A stretch of 63,844 nt of DNA, the filler included, from Pelomyxa schiedti (lineage: Eukaryota; Protista; Evosea): assembly GCA_020536535.1 (NCBI GenBank). It is 13 parts of 13 records of this genome, joined end to end, with 100 filler letters (N's around TTAATTAATTAA, not from the genome) between each part and the next. Parts side by side here need not be neighbours in the genome. Positions count along the whole stretch, not along the records: positions 21,054 to 23,559 come from JAHLWZ010001974.1; positions 23,660 to 26,282 come from JAHLWZ010001939.1; positions 26,383 to 27,638 come from JAHLWZ010002647.1; positions 27,739 to 30,166 come from JAHLWZ010001992.1; positions 30,267 to 31,306 come from JAHLWZ010002950.1; positions 31,407 to 45,854 come from JAHLWZ010000366.1; 7 more parts are not named here. One strand, written 5' to 3'. Under the pieces are notes generated by a model. It searched no databases and was not told the origin of the DNA. It was given only the letters and a program-made list of their open reading frames with translations. Of this stretch, positions 21,054 to 32,795 are shown piece by piece. How positions within the stretch are numbered: position 1 is the first letter of the stretch; each line of letters begins with the position of its first letter. Made by a program: the position numbers and the translations under genes.

Positions 21054-23559
21054 GACAGTGGAATCAGTCAGACCAGTAGACGCAGGGAGGAGCATGGGAG
21101 TGAAGCTAATTGCTTTCCCTAGAGGGGCTGTATGGGCTGAGGAGACTGGGCTGGTAGTGAAACAGCCAGGAGGGGGCACACCATGCATCCCACCTGTGGA
21201 AGGAAGGCGCAATACTGAGACACGAATTACCCTGGACCTACAGAGGGTGGGGATGCTGGCATTAACGAATGTGGGGAGGGGAGTAGCTGTGATAAGACTC
21301 GCAATTCCCCCAGTATGGCTAAAGCTGAGGAAGAAGGCGAAGAAGGAACGGGAAGGGGACAATGTGACCCTGCTCACCAGCGGCGTGGACGCTGAGTGGG
21401 AATCTGCTGCGATAGCGTGGGAAAATGTGGATGAGGAGCAGAGGCGCGGCTTCGTTGCACTCCAGAACGAGTACCAGGATGTACTGACCAATGACCGGGC
21501 AAAGCTGGGCAGGACCACGGTCCTCAAACACTACATACCCACTAGAGCGTGTCGACCCGTGTGTCGACCGGAAAAGAAGTTCTCCCCAAAGGAGAAGGAG
21601 CAGATCGACAGGGAGATCAGTGAAATGCTCAGGCTGAACGTCATACGGGAAGGTTGCGGGGAGTGGGTTGCACCGCTGTCCCTTTCCGCGAAGAAAGATG
21701 GTACGATCAGGCTCCGCACCAACTTCCGGGGGCTCAACAAGGAAACAGTGAAGGACAATTATCCACTGCCAAACGTATTTGAGGTCTTGAAATCACTGAG
21801 TGGGTATTGTTGGTTCTCTACACTGGACCTCATGGCGGGTTTCTGGCAAGTCCCAGTTGCAGAGGAGGACGCACACAAGACAGGGTTCACTTGCCACAGG
21901 GGGCAGTTCACGTTTAATGTCATGCAATTTGGGATGCAGAATGCCTCTCAGACATTCCAAAAGCTGATGGACAGCGTCCTCAATGGGCTAATAGGAACAG
22001 CATGCTGTGTGTACATTGATGATATCATAGTCGTGGGTCGCACCTTTGAGGAGCACCTACATAACCTGGGGCTTGTGTACGAGCGTCTACGAGGGGCAAA
22101 CCTCAGAGCAAGGGCAGCAAAGTGTAAATTCCTGAATAGAACCGTGAGCTACCTTGGGCACACAGTCACTGAAAGAGGAATACAGATGGATCCAGACCGG
22201 ATCAAGGCCATAACAGACTGGCCAACACCAAAAGGGTGGGAAGGTGACCTGGAGACTTTTGTTAACATGGCAAACTACTATGCGAGATTCATTCCAGACT
22301 TTGCCATTGAAGCCATCCCACTGAGGGAGCTAGGGGTGAGGGAAGCACCCTGGGCCTGGAATGAACAAAGGGAGGGAGCATTCAGGCGTATAAAAGAGCT
22401 GGTTGCCAAGAGGCTGTTATTGGAATACCCTGATTATGATAGCAAGTTCAGGTTGGAGATACACACTGATGCCAGCAAGCTCGCGATGGGGGCAGTGCTG
22501 ACACAGCGCGATGACAAGGGTGTGGAGAGAGTCATAGAATTCGCAAGCAGGGCCACCAAACCATCAGAAAAAAACCTGGGCACCATCACTGAATTAGAGG
22601 CAGCAGCTGTCGTGTGGGCTCTCAAGAAGTTTAAAAGCTATATCCATGGAGTTGGATGTGTGGTGAAGTCAGACCATAAGGCACTCACCTGGATGCAAGA
22701 GCAGGAATACCCATGCCCAAAGGTTGCACGGTGGCAGATGGTACTGGATGACTATGGTGTAGTTGTAGAGTTCAGGCCAGGGAAGGAGTCAGGGGATGCA
22801 GACGCACTCAGCAGGATCCCATCACATGCACTGATGGTAATAGCACTTGGGGACTCGCTCCTCGGGTGGAAAGGGGCTCAGGACAAGGATGAGGACTGCC
22901 AGGCAATTGCCGAATGGGTGGGGAGTGGAAAGTCACTACCAGACCGATTATTGAAGAAGGTTCCCCCAAGGGAAAGTTTCGCCATAGAGCAAGGTGTGCT
23001 GTACTACTTGGATACGGATCACAACAGAAGAAGGAGGGTGAAGGCCATTGTGGTACCAAAGGAATTGCAGCACCAGGTAATGGAGGACAACCACGACAGC
23101 ATATTCGCTGGGCATCTATCAGCAGCCTACACATGGGACAGGGTGAGGGCACATTTCTGGTGGCCGAGGGCGAGGACAGACGTCGTGAATTACTGTGAGT
23201 CCTGCAGGCAGTGTGCTGTAGCAAAGACCCCTGCTCACATGAGTTGCGCCGTGGGACACCCCTTACCAGTCCCATCGAGGCCGGGCGTGGTGATGAGTTT
23301 GGATTACGTAGGACCACTCAGGACGACCAAGCGCGGACATGCGTACATCTTGGTGATTATCGATCACATCTCGGGGGATGTCGAGCTTAAGGCGACAAAG
23401 CATCCAGACGCGGAATCGGCAGCGAGGGCGGTGGTGAGGAACTGGGTGTGCCGCAGGGGGCCACCAGAACAGATGATCAGCGACCGAGGCTCGCACTTCA
23501 TCAACAAGGTGATGGAGGATGTGTGCAAGGCCCTGGGGATCAAACAGAAATACACAACC
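21054..23559 (+). mobile_element. Ty3/gypsy LTR-retrotransposon pol: RT, RNase H, integrase; open across the whole scaffold
   Basis: RT YPLP, LDLMAGFWQV, VYIDDII; RNase H IHTDASKLAMGAVL, ELEAAAVVWAL, SDHKAL; integrase HHCC (HDSIFAGH..CESCRQC), SLDYVGP, ISDRGSHF. Domain order RT-RH-INT is the gypsy order. Confidence 0.97.
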
Positions 23560-23682
23560 NNNNNNNNNNNNNNNNNNNNNNNNNNNNNNNNNNNNNNNNN
23601 NNNTTAATTAATTAANNNNNNNNNNNNNNNNNNNNNNNNNNNNNNNNNNNNNNNNNNNNAGTCGACAACAACACCCATAATT

Positions 23683-26282
23683 ATGGTTGATGGTGGCGGG
23701 GACCTGGCAGCCCCTGACGTAGCAGTCGACGTGGAGTGCCCTGTGTGCCTGTGCGTCCTGGATGACCCCGTGGCCCTCTCCGTGTCCCCCCAACCCCAAC
23801 CACACCCACCACCCACCGGCACCACCACCACCACCACCGCATCAACAACAACAACAACAACAACAACAACGACGGCGGGATCTAATGCAGACGCCACGCC
23901 CGTCTCATCTCAGCCACCACAGCCGTCTTCGTCCTCCTTCCCGTCGTTGACTCGTCGGTGCGGACACGTTTTGTGCCGACGCGACTGCGATCGGCTGTGG
24001 GCGCACTCGCGAGCCTGGGCTCGTGCCCCACTCGGCGCATCCGTGTCCGATCACGTGCTCCAGGTGCGTGCGTGTGTGTGTGCGTGCGCGTGCGCGTGTT
24101 CCCAGTCGCACACCCACACCCCCAAAAAACAACAATCTCAACTGACCTCAGTCACACAGGTGGTGCAACAACAAAAGGAAACGACAGCGACCGAAAGCGA
24201 TGCCGGCCTCAGAAGCGGCAGTGGAGTGTGTGGTGCTGCTTGCATCCTCATCAAGTGCCCTGCATGCGATGTTGAAATGAGGATCCCGGATGTGGATGAG
24301 AATGTTGGGTCATCGTCGACTGTGGTCGCGTGTCCCACCTTTGCCTGTTGCAAGGTAAATAAAAATGCAAGCCACTATCAAGGGCTTAACATTAATTAAA
24401 CCAGGCCAGTGAACAACTGCTGCAGGAAATCAGGTCAGTTCGTGAAAAAGCGGCACCGAAATCACCCAAGTGCTGGTCTTGCAAGGATGACGCTGTGTGG
24501 AAGTGCAACTGCACTGTGCACCACCAACAACAGCAAGGAAAAACAAAGCCGTTGTTTGTGTGTGACGACTGCATTGGTTCCTCAAAAAAGAAGCACATGA
24601 AAAAGTTCAACATCCCAGCAGAGTTGGTAAAAATCCCTTCTTCTCCTGCTTCCTCTGAGCCTGGTTGCACTGCTTCGTCTTCAACAACACGACCCTCTGA
24701 TTTTTGTCAACAATCAACACCAGGGATGGTGATGATGGTGAAGGACAAAGATGTGTGCTCCATCCACCATGAACCATTGAAACGATTCTGCATTGAATGT
24801 CAAGAATCAGTGTGCTGGCCATGCTTGGTTGATGGTAAGTCATACAAATTATATTTCAAATTCCCCGCTGAACAAAATCTCAGGTGAACACAGAAATAAA
24901 CAAACACGAACGCAACACGAGAGCCAACCAGTTGAAGAAGCAGCACTGGAAAAAGTGAAGGAGTTGCAGTCACTGTCAGAGGAGCTCACTTCAAAATTGG
25001 AAGTTGTGAAATCCACGATTGACACAGTACAGAGGTCTGAAGCTGTTCTCTCTGTGGTAATTCAAGTCCCTCTTCCTTCTTTGTTCTTGTTGTTGACTCG
25101 AATGCAACAAAACCACAGAGTGCCAAACAAGCCATCTCAGAAGTGGTCAGCACACAAGAGAAAGCAGTCGAACTGATCATGAAGAAATCGGAGCAACTCA
25201 TCAATCAAATCACTCTGGAATCTCTCTCAAAAGGTGTGTCCTGAACAGAACTTTTCATCATATCATCCCACCCAAAAACCACAGGGAAAGAACTTTCAAG
25301 GCAAAAAGAACTGTTGGAGTGCCACCTTCAAACGATTGAGGAAGAACACAAGACAATTGAGATGGTGATTGGAATAGGAACTGGCACCATGACAACAGAC
25401 AACCACAAGGTTGTGAGGGTGTTCCCAAGGCTCAAGTCACGGGCTCGTTGTGTTATTGATGCTCCAATTGTGCTTGGTGAACCTTGCTTGGTTCCTTGTG
25501 TGCAGTTTGTTCCCTCCTTCGTTGATGATCTCCTTGTTCTCTGCAGTCACTTTGGTGATGTCCTTTCAGGTTTGTCATTCACCTCACTCAGCCACTGAAG
25601 TACTGACCATTATTATTTTCCCTCCACTCCCAGTCTCCAAGAATGACTTCAGGTGGCAGCTGGACGAGATTGACTCCCACTCAAGGTTACTTCCACAGCA
25701 ACCAACCAAAACAGAACAGGGCAACACGAATTTAAATATCGTTGCCTCCACCAGAGTGAACACTCCACTCTCGTTTTCAGTGTCACTGCTTCATCCAAGA
25801 TGCACCAGGAGCACTCCCCCTGCAAGTTCACTTGCACCTGTTTCTCCACACCACCAATCAAACAATGTCACAGCCACCAGTCCAGAAAACAGCCAACAGC
25901 AAGAGCAAATGCAGGTGTCATCAATTATCACAGCTGTGGTTTGGGAAGATCATGAAACTAAAGGAGGAGCTTCAGCGTCAAAACCAACAACCTGTTCTGT
26001 TGGAGGAGACACGTTGCACCTTCATGAACAAGACAAGCGTGGTGGTGGGAAAGAAGCAGAAGAAGTGATGAAGAAGTGGAGCGTGGATGTTGTTCCCAAG
26101 AAGGAGGGAACATTCATGATGAACATCCTTTGTGGAAACAAGCCAATCAACACCCTCCCCATTCGATTTTCAGCTTTCAATGGTGTGTGTTTGTCTTCCC
26201 ACCCCCCAAACAACAGGCACAACATGACCCACCCACATAATCCTAACTTTTTTTACAGATGAACAATCCACATATGTGCCTT
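23683..26282 (+). CDS. TRIM-like RBCC protein (RING, B-boxes, coiled coil, filamin/Ig-like domain), multi-exon, 3'-truncated
   Basis: CPVCLCVLDDPV..CGHVLCRRDC..KCPAC RING; B-box VCSIHHEPLKRFCIECQESVCWPC; coiled-coil exons (ALEKVKELQSLSEELTSKLE); C-terminal WSVDVVPKKEGTFMMNILCGNKPINTLP resembles a filamin repeat. Confidence 0.8.
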
Positions 26283-26382
26283 NNNNNNNNNNNNNNNNNN
26301 NNNNNNNNNNNNNNNNNNNNNNNNNNTTAATTAATTAANNNNNNNNNNNNNNNNNNNNNNNNNNNNNNNNNNNNNNNNNNNN

Positions 26383-27150
26383 ATGGTTTGGCTCCACCCA
26401 GACAAACTGATGATGAAATCCAATTCAGGGTCCGCTCTCTGTAAGTCGTACATCTCCTTCAGTGTAAACTCCATACAGGCAAAGAACACAGTTCTCAATA
26501 GCGGGATCCTCAGTAACTACCTCGTTCTCTACTGGTGCTCTTGACCAGATATTCCTGGAATACAATACCACAGACTGCAGCAAGTGCTTCAAGTTCTACT
26601 ATTGCATATGTACTGCCATTGTTTGCCTTGGAACAATCGTCATCTATAATCAATACAGAAATTCACATATGAATAGGGAGGCATGTTTCTCGACTTTACC
26701 ACTAGCCCTTAGCTTTGCTTCCCATTGTAGGGCTACCTCTTGTGCTCTTCTAGTCCTAGAGCACTGTTTATCCTTTTAAGATCCTTATCAGTGTCTTACC
26801 AAGAGTAGCTCTCCAACATGTAGTCTTACAGGCAGTGTGGCATCTACTGCAACAGTAAACCAGCCTGGGATCACTACTAGTATCTTGCTATGGAACAATA
26901 CACTTGTTTCCGCTCTTCACCAGTAACTAACTGTCTTCCAATTTTACCACCTAAAAGAATTACAGGAGTGCGAAATATCTCCTTTGTAATGGGAGATAAG
27001 TATCATATTCTTCAGTCCTCTAGTTACTGTTAATGTTACTGGGTGTATTGCCTTATCGATTTCTACTCGTAGGTCAATTCTTCCCCATAATGAGACTAAT
27101 GTATCATTTATAGCCTTGGCTTTCACCAAACTGTACATCTCTGTTACCTC
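26383..27150 (-). pseudogene. Degenerate Ty3/gypsy pol relic
   Basis: Minus-strand pieces (A)IVELEALAAVCG and LQRADPELDFII parallel TITELEAAAVVW and AQDKDEDCQAI of the pol at 21054; many stops and frameshifts. Confidence 0.5.
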
Positions 27151-27738
27151 CACGGTTGGTGCAATTTCCTTGCGTGCATCTTCACTGATGTAATCCCTTG
27201 CCCTCAGGTTCCCTCGTTCTGTGCATTGTGCACCACCACTCTTACTTGATGTAGTACTATTTGATTCACCAGTGAAATCCTCATCAATGAAATGCCAAGG
27301 TAATTCCCACAGTGCGGCATCTGGGCACTATCAGTTCTAGCAACTGTTTTCCTTTGAAAAATCCTGGGCTTGAGCACTTCAAATAGAGCTGACTGTGCAC
27401 GTATTCTTTGCATTTCTCCACTGGGAGTAGCTCTCTGAAATGTACTACTAGTCCTACTACCAACATGACATCCACAGCATTAGACCGTATCTTTGGAAAA
27501 GATATTAATGGTGCAATGTTGTTCCTGCTCTTAGCAAGTAGGCTCCATTTTTTTGCCATCTGAAAGTATTACAAATAAATGTGATCACATCCAATAAATA
27601 GCCATATTTGTCAGTTCTAGTGACTGTGAATGCTACTGNNNNNNNNNNNNNNNNNNNNNNNNNNNNNNNNNNNNNNNNNNNNTTAATTAATTAANNNNNN
27701 NNNNNNNNNNNNNNNNNNNNNNNNNNNNNNNNNNNNNN

Positions 27739-27871
27739 GCGCTGCCGCCGCGGCGCCGCGCCAACCGCCCCGCGGCACAAAACATCAACAAATCCCGGCA
27801 AAATCGGGCCGCTTCACACTGCCTTGCTCACTAAAAAATTCTGTTTTTCTCATTTGACTCGCCCCCCGGTG
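27739..27871 (+). repeat. Third (partial) copy of the 300-bp dispersed repeat
   Basis: gcgctgccgccgcggcgccgcgccaaccgccccgcggcacaaaacatcaacaaatcccggc...catttgactc..ccggtg matches 7242-7366. Confidence 0.9.
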
Positions 27872-27987
27872 TAGTTTCCTGAAACAACAAGCTAATCAAA
27901 AAAAAAACAACTCTTTTTTCATTGTGGAATGAGAAAAAGTACATCTCAAAATGTGTAGTGAGGGGTACCCACAGAACGGCGGCGTTC

Positions 27988-29820
27988 TTAAACAAAGCAA
28001 TTCACTCCATAGAGTTCAACAAAAAGCAGAGCGAGTTCATCAGCGGGATCGGCAACAGGCAGCGGACCGGTCGGCACCTGTTGTATGGCTTAGTGTTAAT
28101 TTCCATAATGTAACTTTTCTTTCTTTAAGAAACTAATTGCCTTAACTAATTATTATTTGATATTATTATGGTGTGTATTACCTGGGGAACCAGGAGAGAT
28201 GCTGAAGATGTAGAATGAGAGGCCGATATCGGCGTTGGCTGCGCTGCGGGAGCGGTAGACGGCGGCGGAACCGCAGCCGGAGAGGAAGACGGAGGCGGAA
28301 CTGTGGAAGTAGAAGCGGGAGGGGGAACTTCGGCAGTAGTAGTGGTAGTGGTAGTACTGCTGGCTGCTGCTCCTCTCTGCGGATATCAAAGTTAGGACTG
28401 GGGGTTTGGGTTAAAACGTGCATACCATTAAAAAGCCACCACGAGGTCCAGAAGGTCTGGTGGCTCCATCCTTTCTCTGGGAAACCCATTTGGTGCTGGT
28501 TGGGGGCGGGGGCATGAAGCTGGATGGAGGTTGTTCAGCAGCAGGAGAAGGTGTCACTGGAGGTGGCACATCAGAAGGCGGGGGGCTCACCGAGTGCGCC
28601 ACAGGTTCCGGCGCCGGCTGCGGAGTGGGCTGCACCGCCGGCGGGGGAGTTGGCTGTGGTGTGGGCTGGGGAGGGGGTGGTTCTACTACCGCTGCGGGCT
28701 GGGGAGGTGGTGGCTGCACCACTACTGCAGGCTGTGGGGTTGGTTGTGCTGGCTGAGTTGGTTGAGGGGAGGCAGCTGGGGCTGTGTGCTGGGGAGGTCC
28801 TGATGGGGCGGAGCGCTGAGGAGGGCCTGAGGGAGCAGCACGCTGTGGGGGTCCCCCACTTGTAGTTGTAGGAGATGGGGATGATGTACTACTACTACTA
28901 GAAGTAGCCGTTACCGTGACCGTAACAGTTGTAGTGGAAGTTTGCTGCTGGTGCTGAGGCTGAGGGCTTGGAGAGGGTGTTGGCTGAGGCTGCGGGCTTG
29001 GACTTGGAGTTGTTGGAGTAGGAGTAGGAGTAGGAGTTGCCTGTGGAGTAGTAGCCGCAGGCTGAGGAGTAGGAGAAGGAGAAGGAGTAGGCCCGCTGGG
29101 AGCAGAACGCGGCGGCGGGGCAGCGGCGGCGGCTCCGGGAGTGACGGGAGCTTGCCTAGGAGGAGGCCCCCCGGTGGTGCCACCAGGAGTCGCGGGAGCC
29201 TGCCTCGGCGGCGGCGCCCCGGTGCTGGCGGCGCCAGTTGATGCCCCGCCCCCAGGGGTCGTCGGGGCCTGCCGCGGCGGCGGTATCGACGTCCCGGGAA
29301 GCGCTGGGTGCGCTGGAGGGGCATTGGCAGTGCCAGTGCCGGTGGCGGCGGCGGCGGTGGTGGGGGCGGCTCGGCCGGGCGGCCCGCCCCTGCCTGTCTG
29401 CTGCTGCTGGGGCCCAGTCGGGGCGGAGCCGGGCGGCGGCAGCGCCCTCCCCCTCGCCGGCTGCGGGCCCACCAGCGCCGGCCCGCCTCGCGCCGTGCCC
29501 CCCCTCGCCATCCCCGGCGGGGGCAGGGTCCGCGGGTGCTGCCCGGGCGGCGGGGCGGCCCGGCCGCGGCCCCCAGGCGGCAGGGCTCTCTGCGGCTGGC
29601 CGGGCTGCGGGGACGTAGCGGGGGTGGCTCCTGGCTGCGCGGTTGTGGCTGTGGCTGTGGGGGTGGGGCTGGATGGATCTCCTTGGTGCTGGGCAGGGGG
29701 CATGGTCTCTAGGAACGTGAGGAGTTCGTCGACGCCGCCACCGACGTCGGCGGTTGCGCCCTCGTCGAGGTAGAGCAGGCTGTCGTCGTAGCCGTTGTTG
29801 GCTGTTCCGTCGTCGCCCAT
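27988..29820 (-). CDS. Pro/Thr/Ala-rich low-complexity protein (3 exons)
   Basis: 469-aa ORF 28411-29820 with repeated GPPQR(S/A)AP and PPPRQAP units; manual splicing adds RGAAASSTTT...SLLVPQ|VPTGPLPVADPADELALLFVELYGVNCFV*. Confidence 0.65.
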
Positions 29821-30266
29821 TCCGGATCTCTCAGTCTATTGGGGGGTTTCGGTTTTGCCGGGGGTGTGGGTCCTTGTGTCGGTTCGCAACGCGTTTCCTG
29901 TCGCGGGAGTGTAAATGCGCGTAGCTTCGAAACTTTTTTTTTTTCGGTGTGATTTTGTCGCTCTCCTTTCCTTGATGTCGTAAACATTTTGATTTCAAAG
30001 TTTTTTGTCTTGGGCACAAACACCAGGCTCTATTTGTGGAGACTAGCAGTGTTTGTGCGTTGAAGTGTGACTGTCAATGGTTGTTATTGTGTACTTAGAG
30101 GGCCAAGTGTAGTGACCAGTTGTGAGCTATTGTGGTTTGTTGTTGGAATGGCTGCCGGAGGGTGAGNNNNNNNNNNNNNNNNNNNNNNNNNNNNNNNNNN
30201 NNNNNNNNNNTTAATTAATTAANNNNNNNNNNNNNNNNNNNNNNNNNNNNNNNNNNNNNNNNNNNN

Positions 30267-31306
30267 GAAAGGAGGGTGGATGGGTACAGGGAAGACACCC
30301 AAGAGAAACCCAGTGACACCATCGCGGACTTCAAACTTGACTTCGGCAACATCACAATTCTGATCCAGTGGTTGCGTTGTTAAACAAATGAGTGCGGAAT
30401 TACACGCAGAACATGACCAAGTGGAAGGAACGCGGAGTGAAGGCTCCAACAGGTTGCTGGTGTGATACACTGTGCAGCTTGAGATGCCTGAAACAGGGGG
30501 AACAAGGAAATGGCTCCGGCCAATTGGAGACATGTAGTGGCCATCGGGGAATGAGTGCCTTTCATCGGTGGTGGCATTGACGAGGTAGAACGTGCGGTTG
30601 CTGAGGTGCAGGGTTGACACAGAACCATCAGGCATCCAAAGGATATTGCATGGCCACGAATCCTTGCACAAGAGCCTTGGTGATTTTTCAACCAACTCTC
30701 CGCTGCTGAAGGTTGCTTCCAAGTCAACGAATACCACTTCATGCCCTGTGTACTCAGTGAACATCATGGCGACATCACTGCTCATGGGAGAGAACCGGAG
30801 TGTCCTTGATGGAATTCCCGAAGATACAACTTTCGGGCCAACGACAGTTGGTTCAGTGGAACTCTCCACAACCTTCCAAAGGTACAGCTCCCCCTTCTTT
30901 GCAACCAACACAATCCAATTCCTGTTGCAAGTTGTCACAGCTGGATCATCACGTTCACCAAGGTCAGCCTCCCAAAGCAATGGGTTGATCACTATGCCTG
31001 ACGAATTCATCACATAGAATTTCACATTCATGCGGGAAGCGCTGGGGCCGCTTTCAATTGACACCAAAATGCGGTCGTGGCCAATGCACGGGTAAACCTT
31101 CTCGTCGGACTTCTTGGTGAACAGCGAGTGGCTCACGACCCCCATTGTGGGAGACACGCTCACGTGCAAGAAGAACTGGGTCACATCCACCACCCAAAAC
31201 ATGTTCCCGGTGTCTTCCTCCTCCTCTGGGTCATGGATCGGGAGGATGAAAATGGCATCGACAACGGATCTGAGGACCCAGTCGTCGGCCCACACCCTGA
31301 AAGAGG
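30267..31306 (-). CDS. Lineage-specific hypothetical protein (beta-rich), both ends truncated
   Basis: Intronless frame open across the scaffold (>340 aa) with motifs CNRNWIVLV and VDLEATFSSGELV. I recall these from a large Pelomyxa-expanded family (unverified). Confidence 0.7.
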
Positions 31307-31406
31307 NNNNNNNNNNNNNNNNNNNNNNNNNNNNNNNNNNNNNNNNNNNNTTAATTAATTAANNNNNNNNNNNNNNNNNNNNNNNNNNNNNNNNNNNNNN
31401 NNNNNN

Positions 31407-32215
31407 ACCGTCGTAGTCCACAAACGAGCACCGCGAGGTGTGGTACATTGCGCGCAGGGCAGCCACCAGCACACGCCGATCCATCTATCCACTTCAATCA
31501 ACAATCAACCTCCAAAACAAAGGTATGGGTGGAGTTCGGCGAAAACAATCAAATTTGATTTTTTGTGGGTTGGGTGTCTGTCTGGGATAGGGTGCTGCTT
31601 AGGAACTTGAAGCAGAGGGGAGTGTTGGTGTTGGTAGGGGCTTTGGCTTGTTGGTTGTTGCTTCTTCAGTGTTTGATTTTGTTCTTGGGCGTTTGGTCTT
31701 GTTACCCTCTGGTTCTTGGGAAGTGCTTGCGGTGGTTGTGCTTTGTTCACTTTGTTCCGCTGTGGATGATGGTGTAGATTCTGTGCCGGTGGTAGTGGCA
31801 TCTTCTGGTTTCTTGGCTTTGGAATGTTTGGATTTCCTTTTCCGGTCTTTTTGTTGTAGTTGTATTGTTTGGTACCGCTTTTTGTTCATCTCGGCATATT
31901 CTGCATTAATGGGGTTCAGCATGACCCACATGGACTTGGTGTACACAATCCCGCACAAGGGACAAACATCCTGCTCCTTTGATATTCCTGTTGATTGCTG
32001 TTGTTGCGGAGAACTGGCGGTGGTAGTTGTGACCGGTGTTTGGGCTGCAGCACTGGCTGTTGGTTTGGATGATGTGGAAGTGGTTGTTGATGTCGAGGTG
32101 CTTAGCGATTTTGTTGGTTTGTTGGTTTGAGCGTCAGTGAGACCAACCAGTGATTTTTCAGCAAAACAGTGCCCACACTCTGGTATTGTGATGAATTGGT
32201 GTACTCCATTGCTCT
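31407..32215 (-). repeat. Near-identical duplicate of 37807-38609 (RTF2 3' half plus start of the next gene)
   Basis: Same text with small indels (e.g. TAEQSEQSTTT vs TAEQSTTT); ends at a 100-N gap. Probably an allelic haplotype. Confidence 0.9.
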
Positions 32216-32315
32216 NNNNNNNNNNNNNNNNNNNNNNNNNNNNNNNNNNNNNNNNNNNNNNNNNNNNNNNNNNNNNNNNNNNNNNNNNNNNNNNNNNNNN
32301 NNNNNNNNNNNNNNN

Positions 32316-32683
32316 GATTGTGAGGGGGGGTTGTTACCACTATTATCTCGCCATTCAGATTCTCCAGATATTTGATAAACTGTGGAAAAACAACCCTTAG
32401 AATGGCTCTTGTTGAGTGTGAATGAATCCTTACCTCTGCCTGGGGTGCTGGCAGTGGGTATGTTATGCCCTTTTTCCATCAGGTTTTGGTCTGTCTGCCC
32501 GACAGGTTTAGTAGTTTTTCTTCTGTTTAAAGCATACAACATACAGAGAGGGTTTCTAGGAGGCGCAGGAGTAGCAGCAGTTGTTGCTGTTGTTGTGGAT
32601 TTTCTTTTCGAGTTGTCTGGTACTACAGTGACGCCTCCACCACCACCATTTTTTGGCCTACTTTTCGTTAGGCAGTTGCCCAT
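32316..32683 (-). CDS. 5' end of a hypothetical protein with an N-myristoylation/palmitoylation-like start (MGNCLTK)
   Basis: ATG 32683, MGNCLTKSRPK; continues into the N gap. Confidence 0.4.
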
Positions 32684-32795
32684 TCCCTACCACTAGGTGT
32701 TTGTTGGGTTTTTTTTTTTTTTTTGTTTGTTTGGTTTTTTGGACACAGAGCCACCTAAGTGGTTGTTCTTTTGGGAAGTTGGTTGCGGGTTATTC

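Noticed and set aside
18393-23559. Caspase-like gene adjacent to a reverse transcriptase (retron- or defence-like system)
   Set aside because: They lie on different scaffolds separated by an artificial spacer, and the RT is an ordinary gypsy pol.
28215-29773. Long plus-strand ORFs opposite the Pro-rich gene (and similar ORFs at 37449-38009, 39463-40189, 42974-43657, 56190-56856)
   Set aside because: Antisense or alternate-frame shadows of GC-rich low-complexity coding sequence.
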